Assembly (NCBI GenBank): GCA_030153785.1
Contig: JASKLF010000004.1
Location: 91,797 to 155,796, forward strand
DNA from: a bacterium
GTDB taxonomy: Bacteria; Synergistota; GBS-1
Length of the DNA: 64,000 bases
Direction: 5' to 3'
The position numbers were made by a program, and so were the translations under genes. The notes beneath the pieces were generated by a model that saw only the letters and a list, made by a program, of their open reading frames with translations, was not told where the DNA came from and did not search any database. Each line of letters begins with the position of its first letter. Within the stretch, counting starts at the first letter, position 1. Positions 9,808 to 19,216 of the stretch are shown here, piece after piece.

Positions 9808-10766
9808 ATTTTCTCTACCTCCTCTCTTTTCCCTATGCTTATTCGTATGTAGTTACCTTCCATATCTGGTTTTCTTATCTCTATGTCCTTCTCTTTTAAA
9901 AATGCTATAACGTCAAGGTTTTCATATAGGACTTTGCATAAAATGAAGTTAGTTTCTGATGGGTATGGCTTTAGAAATGTTAATGTGGAGAGTTTTGCAA
10001 AAAGCCAGTCTCGGTTTTCTATTACCTCTTTGACCTTTTCTTTGATCCAGGAAGTCTGGTTTAACATGAATAGAGCAAGCTTTTCAGAGAACAAGCTTAT
10101 ATTGAATGGTAGACGAACTTCATTTAGGACGTCAATATTATTTTTATGCGATATAGCATAGCCTACTCTTGCTCCTGCCAAACTCAAAGCCTTGGAAAAC
10201 GTTCTAAGAATAATAACGTTTTGCCTTTCTCTTACCAGATTCAGAAGGGTTTTGCCTGAGAATTCATAATATGCTTCATCTATTATTGTAATACCAGGAT
10301 TTTTATCGATAACGTCTATTATATCCTTTTCTGGCCAGCAATTTGCCGTTGGATTATTCGGGTATCCTAAGAAAATCACGGCTCCATTTTTAACAGCTTC
10401 TTCTATGTCCTTTTTAGGTAGTCCCCAATCTTCTTTTAAATTGAATTTTAGTATCTTCATTCCCAAAAGTTTTCCTGCTTTTTCATACATTCCGAAGGTG
10501 GGATGAGTAATAACTAAAGGGAATCCCTTTCTATGAAATGCAAGGAGAATATAGAGAATAAGTTCGTCTGAACCGTTTCCTATAGCTATATTGTCGATAT
10601 CGACATTTAGTCTATCTGCTAAAGCTTTACGCAATTCTTTATACTCGGGGTCGGGATATCTATTAATCTCTATTTCTTTAAAGGTTTTAATAATTTCCCT
10701 TTCGAACTCTCTGATAGGGTTAAAAGGATTTTCGTTCAGATTAGCTCTTATTAATGTCCTGTCCAT
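9768..10766 (-). CDS. hisC: histidinol-phosphate aminotransferase
   Basis: NENPF, NRYPD, GNGSDELI, PNNPT, DEAYYEF and RTFSKA motifs. Confidence 0.96.
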   Translation of the reverse strand: MDRTLIRANLNENPFNPIREFEREIIKTFKEIEINRYPDPEYKELRKALADRLNVDIDNIAIGNGSDELILYILLAFHRKGFPLVITHPTFGMYEKAGKLLGMKILKFNLKEDWGLPKKDIEEAVKNGAVIFLGYPNNPTANCWPEKDIIDVIDKNPGITIIDEAYYEFSGKTLLNLVRERQNVIILRTFSKALSLAGARVGYAISHKNNIDVLNEVRLPFNISLFSEKLALFMLNQTSWIKEKVKEVIENRDWLFAKLSTLTFLKPYPSETNFILCKVLYENLDVIAFLKEKDIEIRKPDMEGNYIRISIGKREEVEKIWLSLKELQEKLK

Positions 10767-12076
10767 CTGGGTTTCTCCTTTATAAAAGAGTTTTGTTTTC
10801 TAATTTTTATAGAGAGGGCATGTCCGTGAAGTCCCTCTGCCTCAGCTAAGGTTATAGTAATATCGGAAAGCTCTTTAAAGCCATCTTCTGATATAGAGAG
10901 AAAGTTAATGGTTTTCAAAAAGTCTTTAACGCTCAGTCCGGAGAAAAACTTTGCCGTTCCCGATGTTGGCAATATGTGATTGGGGCCTCCTACATAATCT
11001 CCTATGACTTCCGATGAGTAAGCTCCTAAAAAGACAGTCCCAGCATTTTTAATCTTCGATAGGATGGAAAAAGGTTCTTTAGTTTGTATTTCTAAGTGTT
11101 CTGGAGCTATCGTGTTTACAAGATGTGCTCCCTCATCAAGGTTGTTTACTATTGCAATTGCTCCATAGTTTTGCAAAGATTCCTCTATCGTTTCTTTACT
11201 TGGCAGTTCTCGGGCAAAGTGATAGATTATGGAAAGAACCCGTTCTGCAAGGTTGTTTGAATTTGTTATCAATATTGCTGATGAGAGGGGATCGTGTTCC
11301 GCTTGCGATATCAAGTCTGCTGCTATCCAAGAAGGGTTTGCACTCTCATCAGCTAAGATGCAAATTTCGCTTGGGCCAGCAAGAGAATCTATGCCGATTT
11401 CTCCTAAGAGGAGCTTTTTAGCCATCGTTACATAGATGTTGCCTGGACCTACCACTTTGTTTACCTTTGGAATTGTCTCTGTTCCAAATGCCATTGCTGC
11501 AACAGCTACTGCTCCTCCTGCTTTGTAAATCTCGTTTATTCCCAGTTCTTTAGCGGTGAATAGAATGGCTGGGTTAATTTTACCGTTAGGTGACGGAGGT
11601 GTACAAACTATTATTCTTTCTGTTCCAGCTATTTTAGCAGGTATTGCTGCCATAATGAGTGAGGATGGATAGGAAGCCCTGCCTCCTGGGACATAGATTC
11701 CTACGCTTTCTATGGGGACTATTTTTTGCCCCATAATGTTTCCGTTTTCTTCCTCCATTAGCCACGAATTTAGTTTTTGCCTTTCATGAAAATTCCAGAT
11801 TCTTTCTATGGCTTTTTTAATTGCCCTTTTTATTTCGTGAGATAAAAGGTTTTCCGATTCGTCGATTTCTTTTAAGCTTACTTTTATATCGCTTTCCTTA
11901 AGTTCAACCTTCTGGAATTGCCTAACATCATTGATTATGGCTTTGTCTCCTAAGGATTTAACTTCTTCAATTGCTTCCTTAACTCTAGCTTCTATATCTT
12001 CTCTCGTATGCGATCTCTCTGTTAGTAGTTTCTCTAAAAATTCTCTGGCATTTTGAAGCCCCCTGATTATCCTCAA
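10751..12076 (-). CDS. hisD: histidinol dehydrogenase
   Basis: GIYVPGG, GPGNIYV, AGPSE, SQAEHD, APEHLE and GPNHILPT motifs. Confidence 0.98.
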   Translation of the reverse strand: MRIIRGLQNAREFLEKLLTERSHTREDIEARVKEAIEEVKSLGDKAIINDVRQFQKVELKESDIKVSLKEIDESENLLSHEIKRAIKKAIERIWNFHERQKLNSWLMEEENGNIMGQKIVPIESVGIYVPGGRASYPSSLIMAAIPAKIAGTERIIVCTPPSPNGKINPAILFTAKELGINEIYKAGGAVAVAAMAFGTETIPKVNKVVGPGNIYVTMAKKLLLGEIGIDSLAGPSEICILADESANPSWIAADLISQAEHDPLSSAILITNSNNLAERVLSIIYHFARELPSKETIEESLQNYGAIAIVNNLDEGAHLVNTIAPEHLEIQTKEPFSILSKIKNAGTVFLGAYSSEVIGDYVGGPNHILPTSGTAKFFSGLSVKDFLKTINFLSISEDGFKELSDITITLAEAEGLHGHALSIKIRKQNSFIKEKPRWTGH

Positions 12077-12717
12077 TTGGTCTCACTCCCTTCTAAAAGA
12101 GAGGCTATTTCAAGTATTTCATTTGTTCTGTTTTTATAGCACACGGGGTTAACTATAAGCCTTGCACTTACTTGGGCTATAGTTTTAATTATCACGAGGT
12201 TGTTTTCTTTTAAGGTCCTTCCCGTTTCTTTCAGGTCTAGTATCACATCCACCAGATTTACAAGCGGTGCAATTTCAACGGAACCGTAAAGCTTAACTAT
12301 ATCCATTTGGATTCCTTGATAGTTTAGGAAATCCTCGGCTATTTTGGGGTATTTTGTCCCTAGCTTTTTTCCCCAAAGAAGCTCTTTTTCAAACGAAAGT
12401 CCTTTATCTGCTGGAGCGGCTAATACAAGTTCGCATTTTCCTATTCCTAGATCTGCTATTTCGTATACGTCCTCTTTTCTTTCCCAAATAACATCATTTC
12501 CTGCTATTCCTAAATCAGCTGCCCTTCTTGAAACGTATATAGGAATGTCAAAAGGCTTTGCCAGTATGAGCCTGAATCCATTTCTCTCAAAAATAAGTTT
12601 TCTGCTTTTGGAAAGCTTTTCATAGTCTTCTTCTAATATTCCCTTTTCCTTAAGTAGTTCAACAATTTTCTTAAGGAGCCTTCCAGTGGGTAAGGCTATT
12701 GATAAGTTTTTCTTCAT
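12073..12717 (-). CDS. hisG: ATP phosphoribosyltransferase, short form
   Basis: IALPTGRL, TKYP, LYGSVEIAP and ETGRTLKEN motifs; 214 aa. Confidence 0.96.
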   Translation of the reverse strand: MKKNLSIALPTGRLLKKIVELLKEKGILEEDYEKLSKSRKLIFERNGFRLILAKPFDIPIYVSRRAADLGIAGNDVIWERKEDVYEIADLGIGKCELVLAAPADKGLSFEKELLWGKKLGTKYPKIAEDFLNYQGIQMDIVKLYGSVEIAPLVNLVDVILDLKETGRTLKENNLVIIKTIAQVSARLIVNPVCYKNRTNEILEIASLLEGSETN

Positions 12718-13831
12718 CTATTTCTTGTCCCTCCATTTTTAAAACAATTTTAGGGTTCCTTGTCCTTATAAAGTTATTTTCATCTGCATGGGGAGGAAGG
12801 ACTAAAACGCGAAAGCCTTCTTGTCGCAGTTTTTTAGCTAAATTTAGGCTCTTTTTGAGTCCCTTTTGAATATCACAAATCTTTATAATTAGGTCTAAGT
12901 CGTCTTTTGTAGAGTCTTTAGGTAAGTTTTTAAACGAAAAAGCAAAACCTATTGCAGGAAGATTAAAAAGCCTGTCGTATCTTCCTCCTCCACCAAATAT
13001 TTCTCCTCCTTCGGGACTGCTTAGCTCAAATATTATTCCATTATAGTATTCAAGGGTTCTTATCATTCCGAAATCCACTATTATACCTTCGAATTCAACA
13101 TGATCTAAAACTGCACCTAGTTCTTCCAGAGCCTCATCTATCAGTGGAGATTGAAATGGGAAGCTTATACCCCCCAAATCAGCTTTCTGCACCCTTAAAA
13201 GGGGGAGTTTAAGAAGAAATTTTTTCTGTTTTTCTGGGATGTCCATGAAGGTAATAACTTCTCGGTATAGAACAAAGTTTTTAAGAGCAAGTGTTCCTTT
13301 AATGAGTTCCTTATAGTCTTCGTTTACAGGTATGGAGTCTAACACTCCTTGAATAATCTTCACATGGTTTAAGTCGACGGTGGGGTTTTCTATTCCTATC
13401 CTTTTCATAGATTCTATAGCCAGGCTTAATATTTCAATATCCGCACATATTGATGGGTCTCCAAAGTTTTCAACACCTATTTGTGGAATTTCAACAGGGT
13501 CTCCTCTTAAGAAGACCATGCCTTTGTAGTATAGCTTTAGGGGATGCGGTTCGCTTGAAAGGTGCGTAAGGGCAATCCTGCCAACAGATTTAGTTAGCTC
13601 GGGTCTTAGGGCTAATATCTCTCCATCTCTATCTATTATTTTATAAACCTTTCTTTTATATTCTTTCCCGATACCTTCTGTTAGAAATTCATAATATTCA
13701 AAGCTTGGAGGAATAACCTCTCTATACCCCCATTGTTCAAAAAGGGAGGACAGCATTTGCTCTATTTCTCTAAGTCTTTTGGCTTCATTTGGTAAATAAT
13801 CTTTACAACCTTTAGGTTTTATCAAGTCCAT
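12671..13831 (-). CDS. hisZ: ATP phosphoribosyltransferase regulatory subunit
   Basis: HisRS-like (PKGCKDYLP, LALRPELT, YYNGIIFE, GGGRYD) and adjacent to short hisG. Confidence 0.93.
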   Translation of the reverse strand: MDLIKPKGCKDYLPNEAKRLREIEQMLSSLFEQWGYREVIPPSFEYYEFLTEGIGKEYKRKVYKIIDRDGEILALRPELTKSVGRIALTHLSSEPHPLKLYYKGMVFLRGDPVEIPQIGVENFGDPSICADIEILSLAIESMKRIGIENPTVDLNHVKIIQGVLDSIPVNEDYKELIKGTLALKNFVLYREVITFMDIPEKQKKFLLKLPLLRVQKADLGGISFPFQSPLIDEALEELGAVLDHVEFEGIIVDFGMIRTLEYYNGIIFELSSPEGGEIFGGGGRYDRLFNLPAIGFAFSFKNLPKDSTKDDLDLIIKICDIQKGLKKSLNLAKKLRQEGFRVLVLPPHADENNFIRTRNPKIVLKMEGQEIDEEKLINSLTHWKAP

Positions 13832-13844
13832 TTTCTTTCTCTAT

Positions 13845-13864
13845 CGATTTATCTTAATAAACTA
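13845..13864. promoter_or_regulatory. candidate HisR operator
   Basis: TTTA-N6-TAAA inverted core (13848-13861) just downstream of the predicted TSS; TTTATCTTA also occurs at 6251-6259. Confidence 0.45.
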
Positions 13865-13880
13865 AACAGTTAACATTTAT

Positions 13881-13909
13881 AATTTATCACAGCTCCTTTT
13901 CGATGTCAA
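13881..13909 (-). promoter_or_regulatory. sigma70 promoter of the hisZ operon
   Basis: TTGACA-17 nt-TAAATT with TG extension on the minus strand. Confidence 0.7.
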
Positions 13910-14175
13910 GAACCGAAGATTTTTCTTTGACTTAAATATTAGATTTTGAGACCGGGAAGCTTTTACTCGCCGTATTCGCTACCTTTTCATATTAAGAAAA
14001 TATATTTTTATATAGATAAATTGAGATTTAAAAAGAAAAAGCAAGGTTCTAGCAAGTTTTGAGAGTTTCAATAGGTAAAACTGGTATAGTTGAGGTTGAT
14101 GGTGGAGTATCCTCTTGTTTAAAATTTTTATTGGTTAGCTTTTAGTTTACACTTGAATAAGGAGGGGGAATGCGT

Positions 14176-15150
14176 ATGCGTAGAGGGTTGTTGCTTGTGT
14201 TCGTCGTTCTTTTGACTTTTACTTTAAGTTCTGTTCCTGTTGAAGCGAAAATCACTTGGAAATTTGGGCATTTAGCTAATGAACAGCATATATAGCACAA
14301 GACGGCGCTGAAGTTTGCTGAACTTGTGAAAGCAAAAACTGGTGGGGAAATTGAGATAGTGGTTTATCCTAACGAACAGCTTGGTAAAGAAATGGAACTT
14401 TTGAACATGATTCAGGCTGGAACTGCTGACCTAACTATATCCGGAGAGTCTATGCAAAACTGGGCTCCTAAAGCTGCTTTAATTGCTGCTCCCTATGCTT
14501 TCAGGAGCGTAGAACATATGGTAAAGGCTCTTAGAGGGGACATAGGAAAGGAAATAGCAAGTGAAGTCACTGAGAAAGTGGGGGTAATTCCTCTTATTTA
14601 TCACATAAGGTCTCCAAGAAACCTTACATCTAACAAACCTGTTAGTAAGCCCGAAGATGCCAAGGGATTGAGATTGCGATTGCCTAATGTGCCTCTCTTT
14701 GTCGAAGCGTGGAAAGCTGTAGGTGCTATTCCCGTAGTTATGGCTTTTAGCGAGGTTTTCACTGCTCTTCAACAAGGCGTAATAGATGCTCAGGAAAATC
14801 CATATGACCTTATATACAGTGCAAGTTTTTATGAAGTTCAAAAGTATGTTAATGAGACTGAGCATGTTATAGGTTGGGTTTGGACGGTGCTTGGTAAGAA
14901 GCAGTTTGAATCTCTCTCCAAGGAGCTTCAGAAGGCGGTTCTTGAAGCTGCAGAGGAGGCACAGGTTTATGCAGATGACTTGTTCTATAAGGAAATACCA
15001 CCTATCAAGCAAAAGCTGATAGAGAAGGGGATGATAATCAATTCTGATGTTGATAAAGAGGCTTTTCAAAGTATAATGTCCAAGGCAGTTGAAAAGGCTT
15101 TGAAGCCAGAGCAAGCAGACCTTTATAGGAGGATTCAGGCGCTTAAGTAA
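14176..15150 (+). pseudogene. dctP: TRAP substrate-binding protein interrupted by an in-frame TAG (14293-14295)
   Basis: SD AAGGAGG, then signal peptide MRRGLLLVFVVLL...VEA, then KITWKFGHLANEQHI*HKTALKFAELVKAK, continuing in frame into the DctP body (QLG.E, EVFTALQQGVIDAQENP). Confidence 0.85.
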
Positions 15151-15178
15151 AGCGGGGTTCTGCAAGTGTTTAGAATTC

Positions 15179-15216
15179 TAGGGGGTTCCACATGGTAAGT
15201 TTGCCGGAACCCCCTA
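15179..15216 (+). terminator. intercistronic stem-loop between dctP and dctQ
   Basis: Perfect 11-bp stem TAGGGGGTTCC/GGAACCCCCTA, 16-nt loop, weak U tail. Confidence 0.6.
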
Positions 15217-15236
15217 TTGTTGTAGGTGATTGAAAA

Positions 15237-15719
15237 ATGAGTGATAGAAGAGATGTTTTGGAGGAGTTTCTCGAGTGGGGTATGTTTATTTCTTTTGGCT
15301 CTCTTGTAATCATAGTGACTTTGAGTGTAATTACTCGATTTTTTCTTCCATTTATTATACTTTCTTGGTCTGAAGAAGCTTCGCGATTTTTCTTCATATA
15401 TACTGTGGCTTTTGGTGCGCCGTGCGCTCTTAAGAGGGGAGAATTTGCCACTGTGGATGTGTTTTTTAATAGATTACCGGTAAAAGTTCGAAGGAGGCTT
15501 TTGCTTGTGTTCGATGTGACTACAGTTATTTTCTTTTCCATAGTGTTTTTTTACAGCTTTCAATTTGCTAAGCTTGGCTTAAATCAATATTCTCCGACAA
15601 TGGGAATTCCGATGGTCTTTGCCTATTCAAGCATGATATTAACTTCCATGTTTATGGTTTTCTATAGCTTTTTAAGATTTTGGAAGGCGGTGACGAGAGG
15701 GGGAGAAATTTTAGAATGA
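15237..15719 (+). CDS. dctQ: TRAP transporter small permease
   Basis: Four TM segments, WSEEASRF motif, between dctP and dctM. Confidence 0.92.
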   Translation: MSDRRDVLEEFLEWGMFISFGSLVIIVTLSVITRFFLPFIILSWSEEASRFFFIYTVAFGAPCALKRGEFATVDVFFNRLPVKVRRRLLLVFDVTTVIFFSIVFFYSFQFAKLGLNQYSPTMGIPMVFAYSSMILTSMFMVFYSFLRFWKAVTRGGEILE

Positions 15720-16999
15720 TGGCATTGCTTCTCTTTTTATCCTTCGTTTTTCTTTTAACGATTGGTTTTCCTGTAGCCTTTTCCTTAGGCATTTCCTCTC
15801 TTATTTATATTGCTGTGAAAGGTATTCCATTGAACATAATTCCTCAAAAAATGTACTCTGGTATAGATTCTTTTGTTCTTCTTTGTATTCCAGCATTTGT
15901 ATTAGCGGGTAACTTAATGAACACGGCTGGTATAACACAGCGAATAATAGATTTCTCTAACGCTCTTGTTGGTTTTATAAGAGGGGGCTTAGCTTTGGCT
16001 AATGTTGTTGCTTCCATGGTTTTTGCTGGTATTTCTGGAACAGCTTTAGCTGACACGGCAAGTATAGGAGCTATTCTTATCCCTGCCATGAAGAGAGAAG
16101 GATACGATGCTGATTTTTCTGCTGCTGTTACGGCTTCTTCTTCTACGGTGGGACCCATAATTCCTCCGAGTGTGCCCATGATTATTGTTGGAACTTTGAC
16201 TGGTCTTTCTGTGAGTAGACTCTTTTTAGCAGGAGCGATTCCAGGGCTAATCTTAGGTTTTTCTTTAATGGCTGTAACTTATTACTTTTCGGTGAAGAAA
16301 AACTATCCTAAGGAAGAGAGCTTTTCCTTTAAAAGGGTTATGAAAACCTTTTATAAAGCTTTTTGGGCCATTGGCATGATAGCTATTATTCTTGGGGGTA
16401 TTTTAGGAGGTGTTTTTACCCCAACAGAAGCATCTGTTATAGCGGTGGTCTACGCTGTTTTTGTCGGTAAGTTCATTTACAAGGAACTTAAGTTACGAGA
16501 ATTGCGAAAGATTACTGTGGACTCCATAAGAATGACAACCTCAATAATGTTGCTTGTGGGATTTGCACGTTTATTTGCGTGGATTATTACGACTGAGCGT
16601 ATTCCCCAGATGGTTGCTAACGGTATATTAAGCATTTCAGATAACCCTGTATTTGTCATCCTGCTTATAAATGCAGTTTTGTTATTTGTGGGTTGTTTTA
16701 TGGAAACGATAGCCGCTCTTGTAATATTCGTTCCAGTCTTGATGCCCGTTGCCATGAAAATTGGAATGGACCCGATACATTTTTCTGTCATGGTAGTTCT
16801 AAACTTAATTATTGGCCTTACTACTCCTCCTTTCGGAGTCTGTCTATTTGTGGCAGCAAGTATTGCCAAGATTTCGCTTGGTGAACTTATTAAAGCCATG
16901 GTTCCATTTCTTTTGGTATTAATTGGAGTTTTGCTATTGGTGAGTTATTGGCCTGCATTAAGCTTGACTTTGCCTAACTTGGTTTACGGGAGTAGATAG
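15716..16999 (+). CDS. dctM: TRAP transporter large permease
   Basis: GPIIPPS, GVFTPTEAS and GLTTPPFG motifs. ATG 15716 overlaps the dctQ stop (ATGA). Confidence 0.95.
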   Translation: MMALLLFLSFVFLLTIGFPVAFSLGISSLIYIAVKGIPLNIIPQKMYSGIDSFVLLCIPAFVLAGNLMNTAGITQRIIDFSNALVGFIRGGLALANVVASMVFAGISGTALADTASIGAILIPAMKREGYDADFSAAVTASSSTVGPIIPPSVPMIIVGTLTGLSVSRLFLAGAIPGLILGFSLMAVTYYFSVKKNYPKEESFSFKRVMKTFYKAFWAIGMIAIILGGILGGVFTPTEASVIAVVYAVFVGKFIYKELKLRELRKITVDSIRMTTSIMLLVGFARLFAWIITTERIPQMVANGILSISDNPVFVILLINAVLLFVGCFMETIAALVIFVPVLMPVAMKIGMDPIHFSVMVVLNLIIGLTTPPFGVCLFVAASIAKISLGELIKAMVPFLLVLIGVLLLVSYWPALSLTLPNLVYGSR

Positions 17000-17001
17000 G
17001 T

Positions 17002-18018
17002 ATGAAGGCAATAGTAGTGGTAAAGCCCAACTTGTTGTTAATAGAGGACCGTCCTTTTCCAAAAATTGAAGCGGATAATCAGGTGCTGGTTAGAGTAAAG
17101 GCTGGTGGTATATGCGGTTCTGATCTTCATATATATCGGGGGGAATCTCCTGTTGCCACATATCCAAGAGTTATAGGTCATGAGATCGTTGGGGAAGTTA
17201 TCGAAACGGGTCCGGCTGTAAATAAGGTTAAGAAGGGGGACAGGGTAGCTGTAGAGCCTGTATTCTCTTGTGGTCAGTGTTATCCGTGCAAGACGGGAAG
17301 GCCCAACGTTTGTGAGAAACTCGAGGTTTTTGGGGTTCACAGAGATGGTGGTTTTCAGGAATATATAGTGATTCCAGAAACCAACTTACACGTTTTTTCA
17401 AAAGAGATTGAATGGAATGATGCTGTCATCATTGAGCCTTTTACCATTGCTGCTGAGGTTGCTGAAAGAGGCTTCGTTATGAGGGAAGACCATGTTTTCA
17501 TTATAGGTGCAGGCCCGATAGGGTTGTGTATATTGCAATACCTGAAGGTGGTTTTTGAAGTTAAATGTGGCATATGCGATGTTATTGAAGAACGCCTTAA
17601 GCGAGCGGAAGAGATAGGGGCGGATTTTGTGGTTAATGTTTCGAATTCTGATTTAGAGCATGAGGTATATAAGCATTTTCCTAAAGGAGCGAATGTAGTT
17701 GTAGATGCAGTGGGTTTTCCAGAAACTTTTGAAAGTGCTCTCAAGTTAGCTTCCTCTGCAGGAAGAATTGTGCTATTAGGGTTTGATAAAAGAGCTTCTT
17801 CCATTCCTCAAGCTCCTATAACTCTGAAAGGACTGACCATTTCAGGTTCGAGGCTTCAAGCTGGCAAGTTTCCACATATTGTAGAGTTGTTCAATAAAAG
17901 GAAGTTAAGCGGGAAAAATCTTGTTACTCACGTTTTTCCTTTTGAGAGGGTTATGGATACTTTTGAGCTTATCGAAAAGAGTCCCGAAAAGGTGTGTAAA
18001 GTAGTGCTTAGCTTTTGA
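17002..18018 (+). CDS. zinc-dependent MDR dehydrogenase, probably acting on a sugar acid
   Basis: GICGSD, GHE, CGQCYPC...C and GAGPIG motifs; coupled to the TRAP genes. Confidence 0.88.
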   Translation: MKAIVVVKPNLLLIEDRPFPKIEADNQVLVRVKAGGICGSDLHIYRGESPVATYPRVIGHEIVGEVIETGPAVNKVKKGDRVAVEPVFSCGQCYPCKTGRPNVCEKLEVFGVHRDGGFQEYIVIPETNLHVFSKEIEWNDAVIIEPFTIAAEVAERGFVMREDHVFIIGAGPIGLCILQYLKVVFEVKCGICDVIEERLKRAEEIGADFVVNVSNSDLEHEVYKHFPKGANVVVDAVGFPETFESALKLASSAGRIVLLGFDKRASSIPQAPITLKGLTISGSRLQAGKFPHIVELFNKRKLSGKNLVTHVFPFERVMDTFELIEKSPEKVCKVVLSF

Positions 18019-18064
18019 GCCATTTGCTATAATATATTGGGATTTTCTCGTTTAAAAGGAAGTG

Positions 18065-18937
18065 ATGAAAGAGATGGATGCCCTTAAGGGGATAATACTT
18101 AAATTTCAGGAGGATGAGATAACTCAAAGCCTGTTTTATGAAAGAATATCAAGAAGTGTGAAGGGCAAGAATCGTCAGGTCCTGAAAGATATGGCTAAAG
18201 ATGAAATGGATCACTATGAACGGTTAAAGAAGTATACGGGGCAGGATATTTCTCCTAATAGATTCCGTCTTTTTGCCTATTTCTTGCTGTGGAAAATTTT
18301 TGGCTTGACTTTCATAATAAAGCTGATGGAGGAAGGAGAGGAGAAGGCGCAAGAAGGATATAAGAAAATTCTTTCTTCTATTCCTGAGATAGAGGAAATT
18401 TTCCAAGATGAAGAGAAACACGAAAAAGAGTTAATGGAAATGATTGATGAGAGGAGATTGAAATATATCAGTTCGATGATATTAGGAGTTAGCGATGCCA
18501 TAGTAGAGCTAACAGGTGCTATTGCTGGTCTAACATTTGCTTTTCAAAATTCGGAATTAGTAGGCGCTGCAGGAATGATAACCGGAATAGCAGCTGCTTT
18601 GTCTATGTCGGTTTCGGAATATCTATCTCAGAAAAGCGAGAAGGAGGAAGGTAAAAGTCCTTTTAGTGCTGCTTTGTATACGGGCTTCGCTTATATAGTG
18701 GCGGTGTTTTTCTTGGTTTTCCCATTCTTCGTCTTTGTGAACGTTTTCTTGTCGCTTGGTCTTTCTCTAATCAATGCGCTATTTATAATAGCTCTCTTTA
18801 CCTTTTTTGTTTCGGTTGTTAAAGAAGAACCCTTTAAAGGTTCCTTTATTGAGATGGCGTTGCTAAGTTTTTCTGTAGCGGCTATATCTTTTGCTATAGG
18901 TGCTCTCGCGAGAAGGTTTTTGGGCATAGAAATATGA
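18065..18937 (+). CDS. rubrerythrin/ferritin-like plus VIT1/CCC1 membrane protein (MbfA-like iron exporter)
   Basis: Two ExxH motifs (DEMDH, DEEKH), then ILGVSDAIVELTG and SMSVSEYLS. Confidence 0.88.
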   Translation: MKEMDALKGIILKFQEDEITQSLFYERISRSVKGKNRQVLKDMAKDEMDHYERLKKYTGQDISPNRFRLFAYFLLWKIFGLTFIIKLMEEGEEKAQEGYKKILSSIPEIEEIFQDEEKHEKELMEMIDERRLKYISSMILGVSDAIVELTGAIAGLTFAFQNSELVGAAGMITGIAAALSMSVSEYLSQKSEKEEGKSPFSAALYTGFAYIVAVFFLVFPFFVFVNVFLSLGLSLINALFIIALFTFFVSVVKEEPFKGSFIEMALLSFSVAAISFAIGALARRFLGIEI

Positions 18938-18986
18938 AGGAATCATTGATATCAAGGGTTATAGTTTTTCGTATAGGGTATTGATC

Positions 18987-19015
18987 TTGACTTTTCGGGG
19001 GAAGCTTAATATAAT
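18987..19015 (+). promoter_or_regulatory. sigma70 promoter of tRNA-fMet/tRNA-Met/tilS
   Basis: TTGACT-17 nt-TATAAT. Confidence 0.8.
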
Positions 19016-19026
19016 ATAGGTGAAAT

Positions 19027-19102
<76 letters not shown>

Positions 19103-19128
19103 TTTTATTACTGTTTTTATATGGTAGT

Positions 19129-19205
19129 GGCGGTGTAGCTCAGCTGGCGAGAGCATACGGCTCATACCCGTAAGGTCCAGGGTTCGAGCCCCTGCACCGC
19201 CACCA
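19129..19205 (+). tRNA. tRNA-Met (CAT), probably elongator
   Basis: GGCGGTG acceptor, TACGG-CTCATAC-CCGTA anticodon arm, CCA encoded. Confidence 0.85.
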
Positions 19206-19216
19206 TTTATTTTTTT

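Noticed and set aside
13832..14169. His leader peptide, attenuator or riboswitch
   Set aside because: No His-codon run or terminator/antiterminator pair was seen, and the promoter lies close to hisZ.
14479..15165. 228-aa minus-strand ORF and similar long antisense ORFs (e.g. 7277-7825, 3989-4498)
   Set aside because: They are antisense to well-supported genes and show no recognisable motifs.
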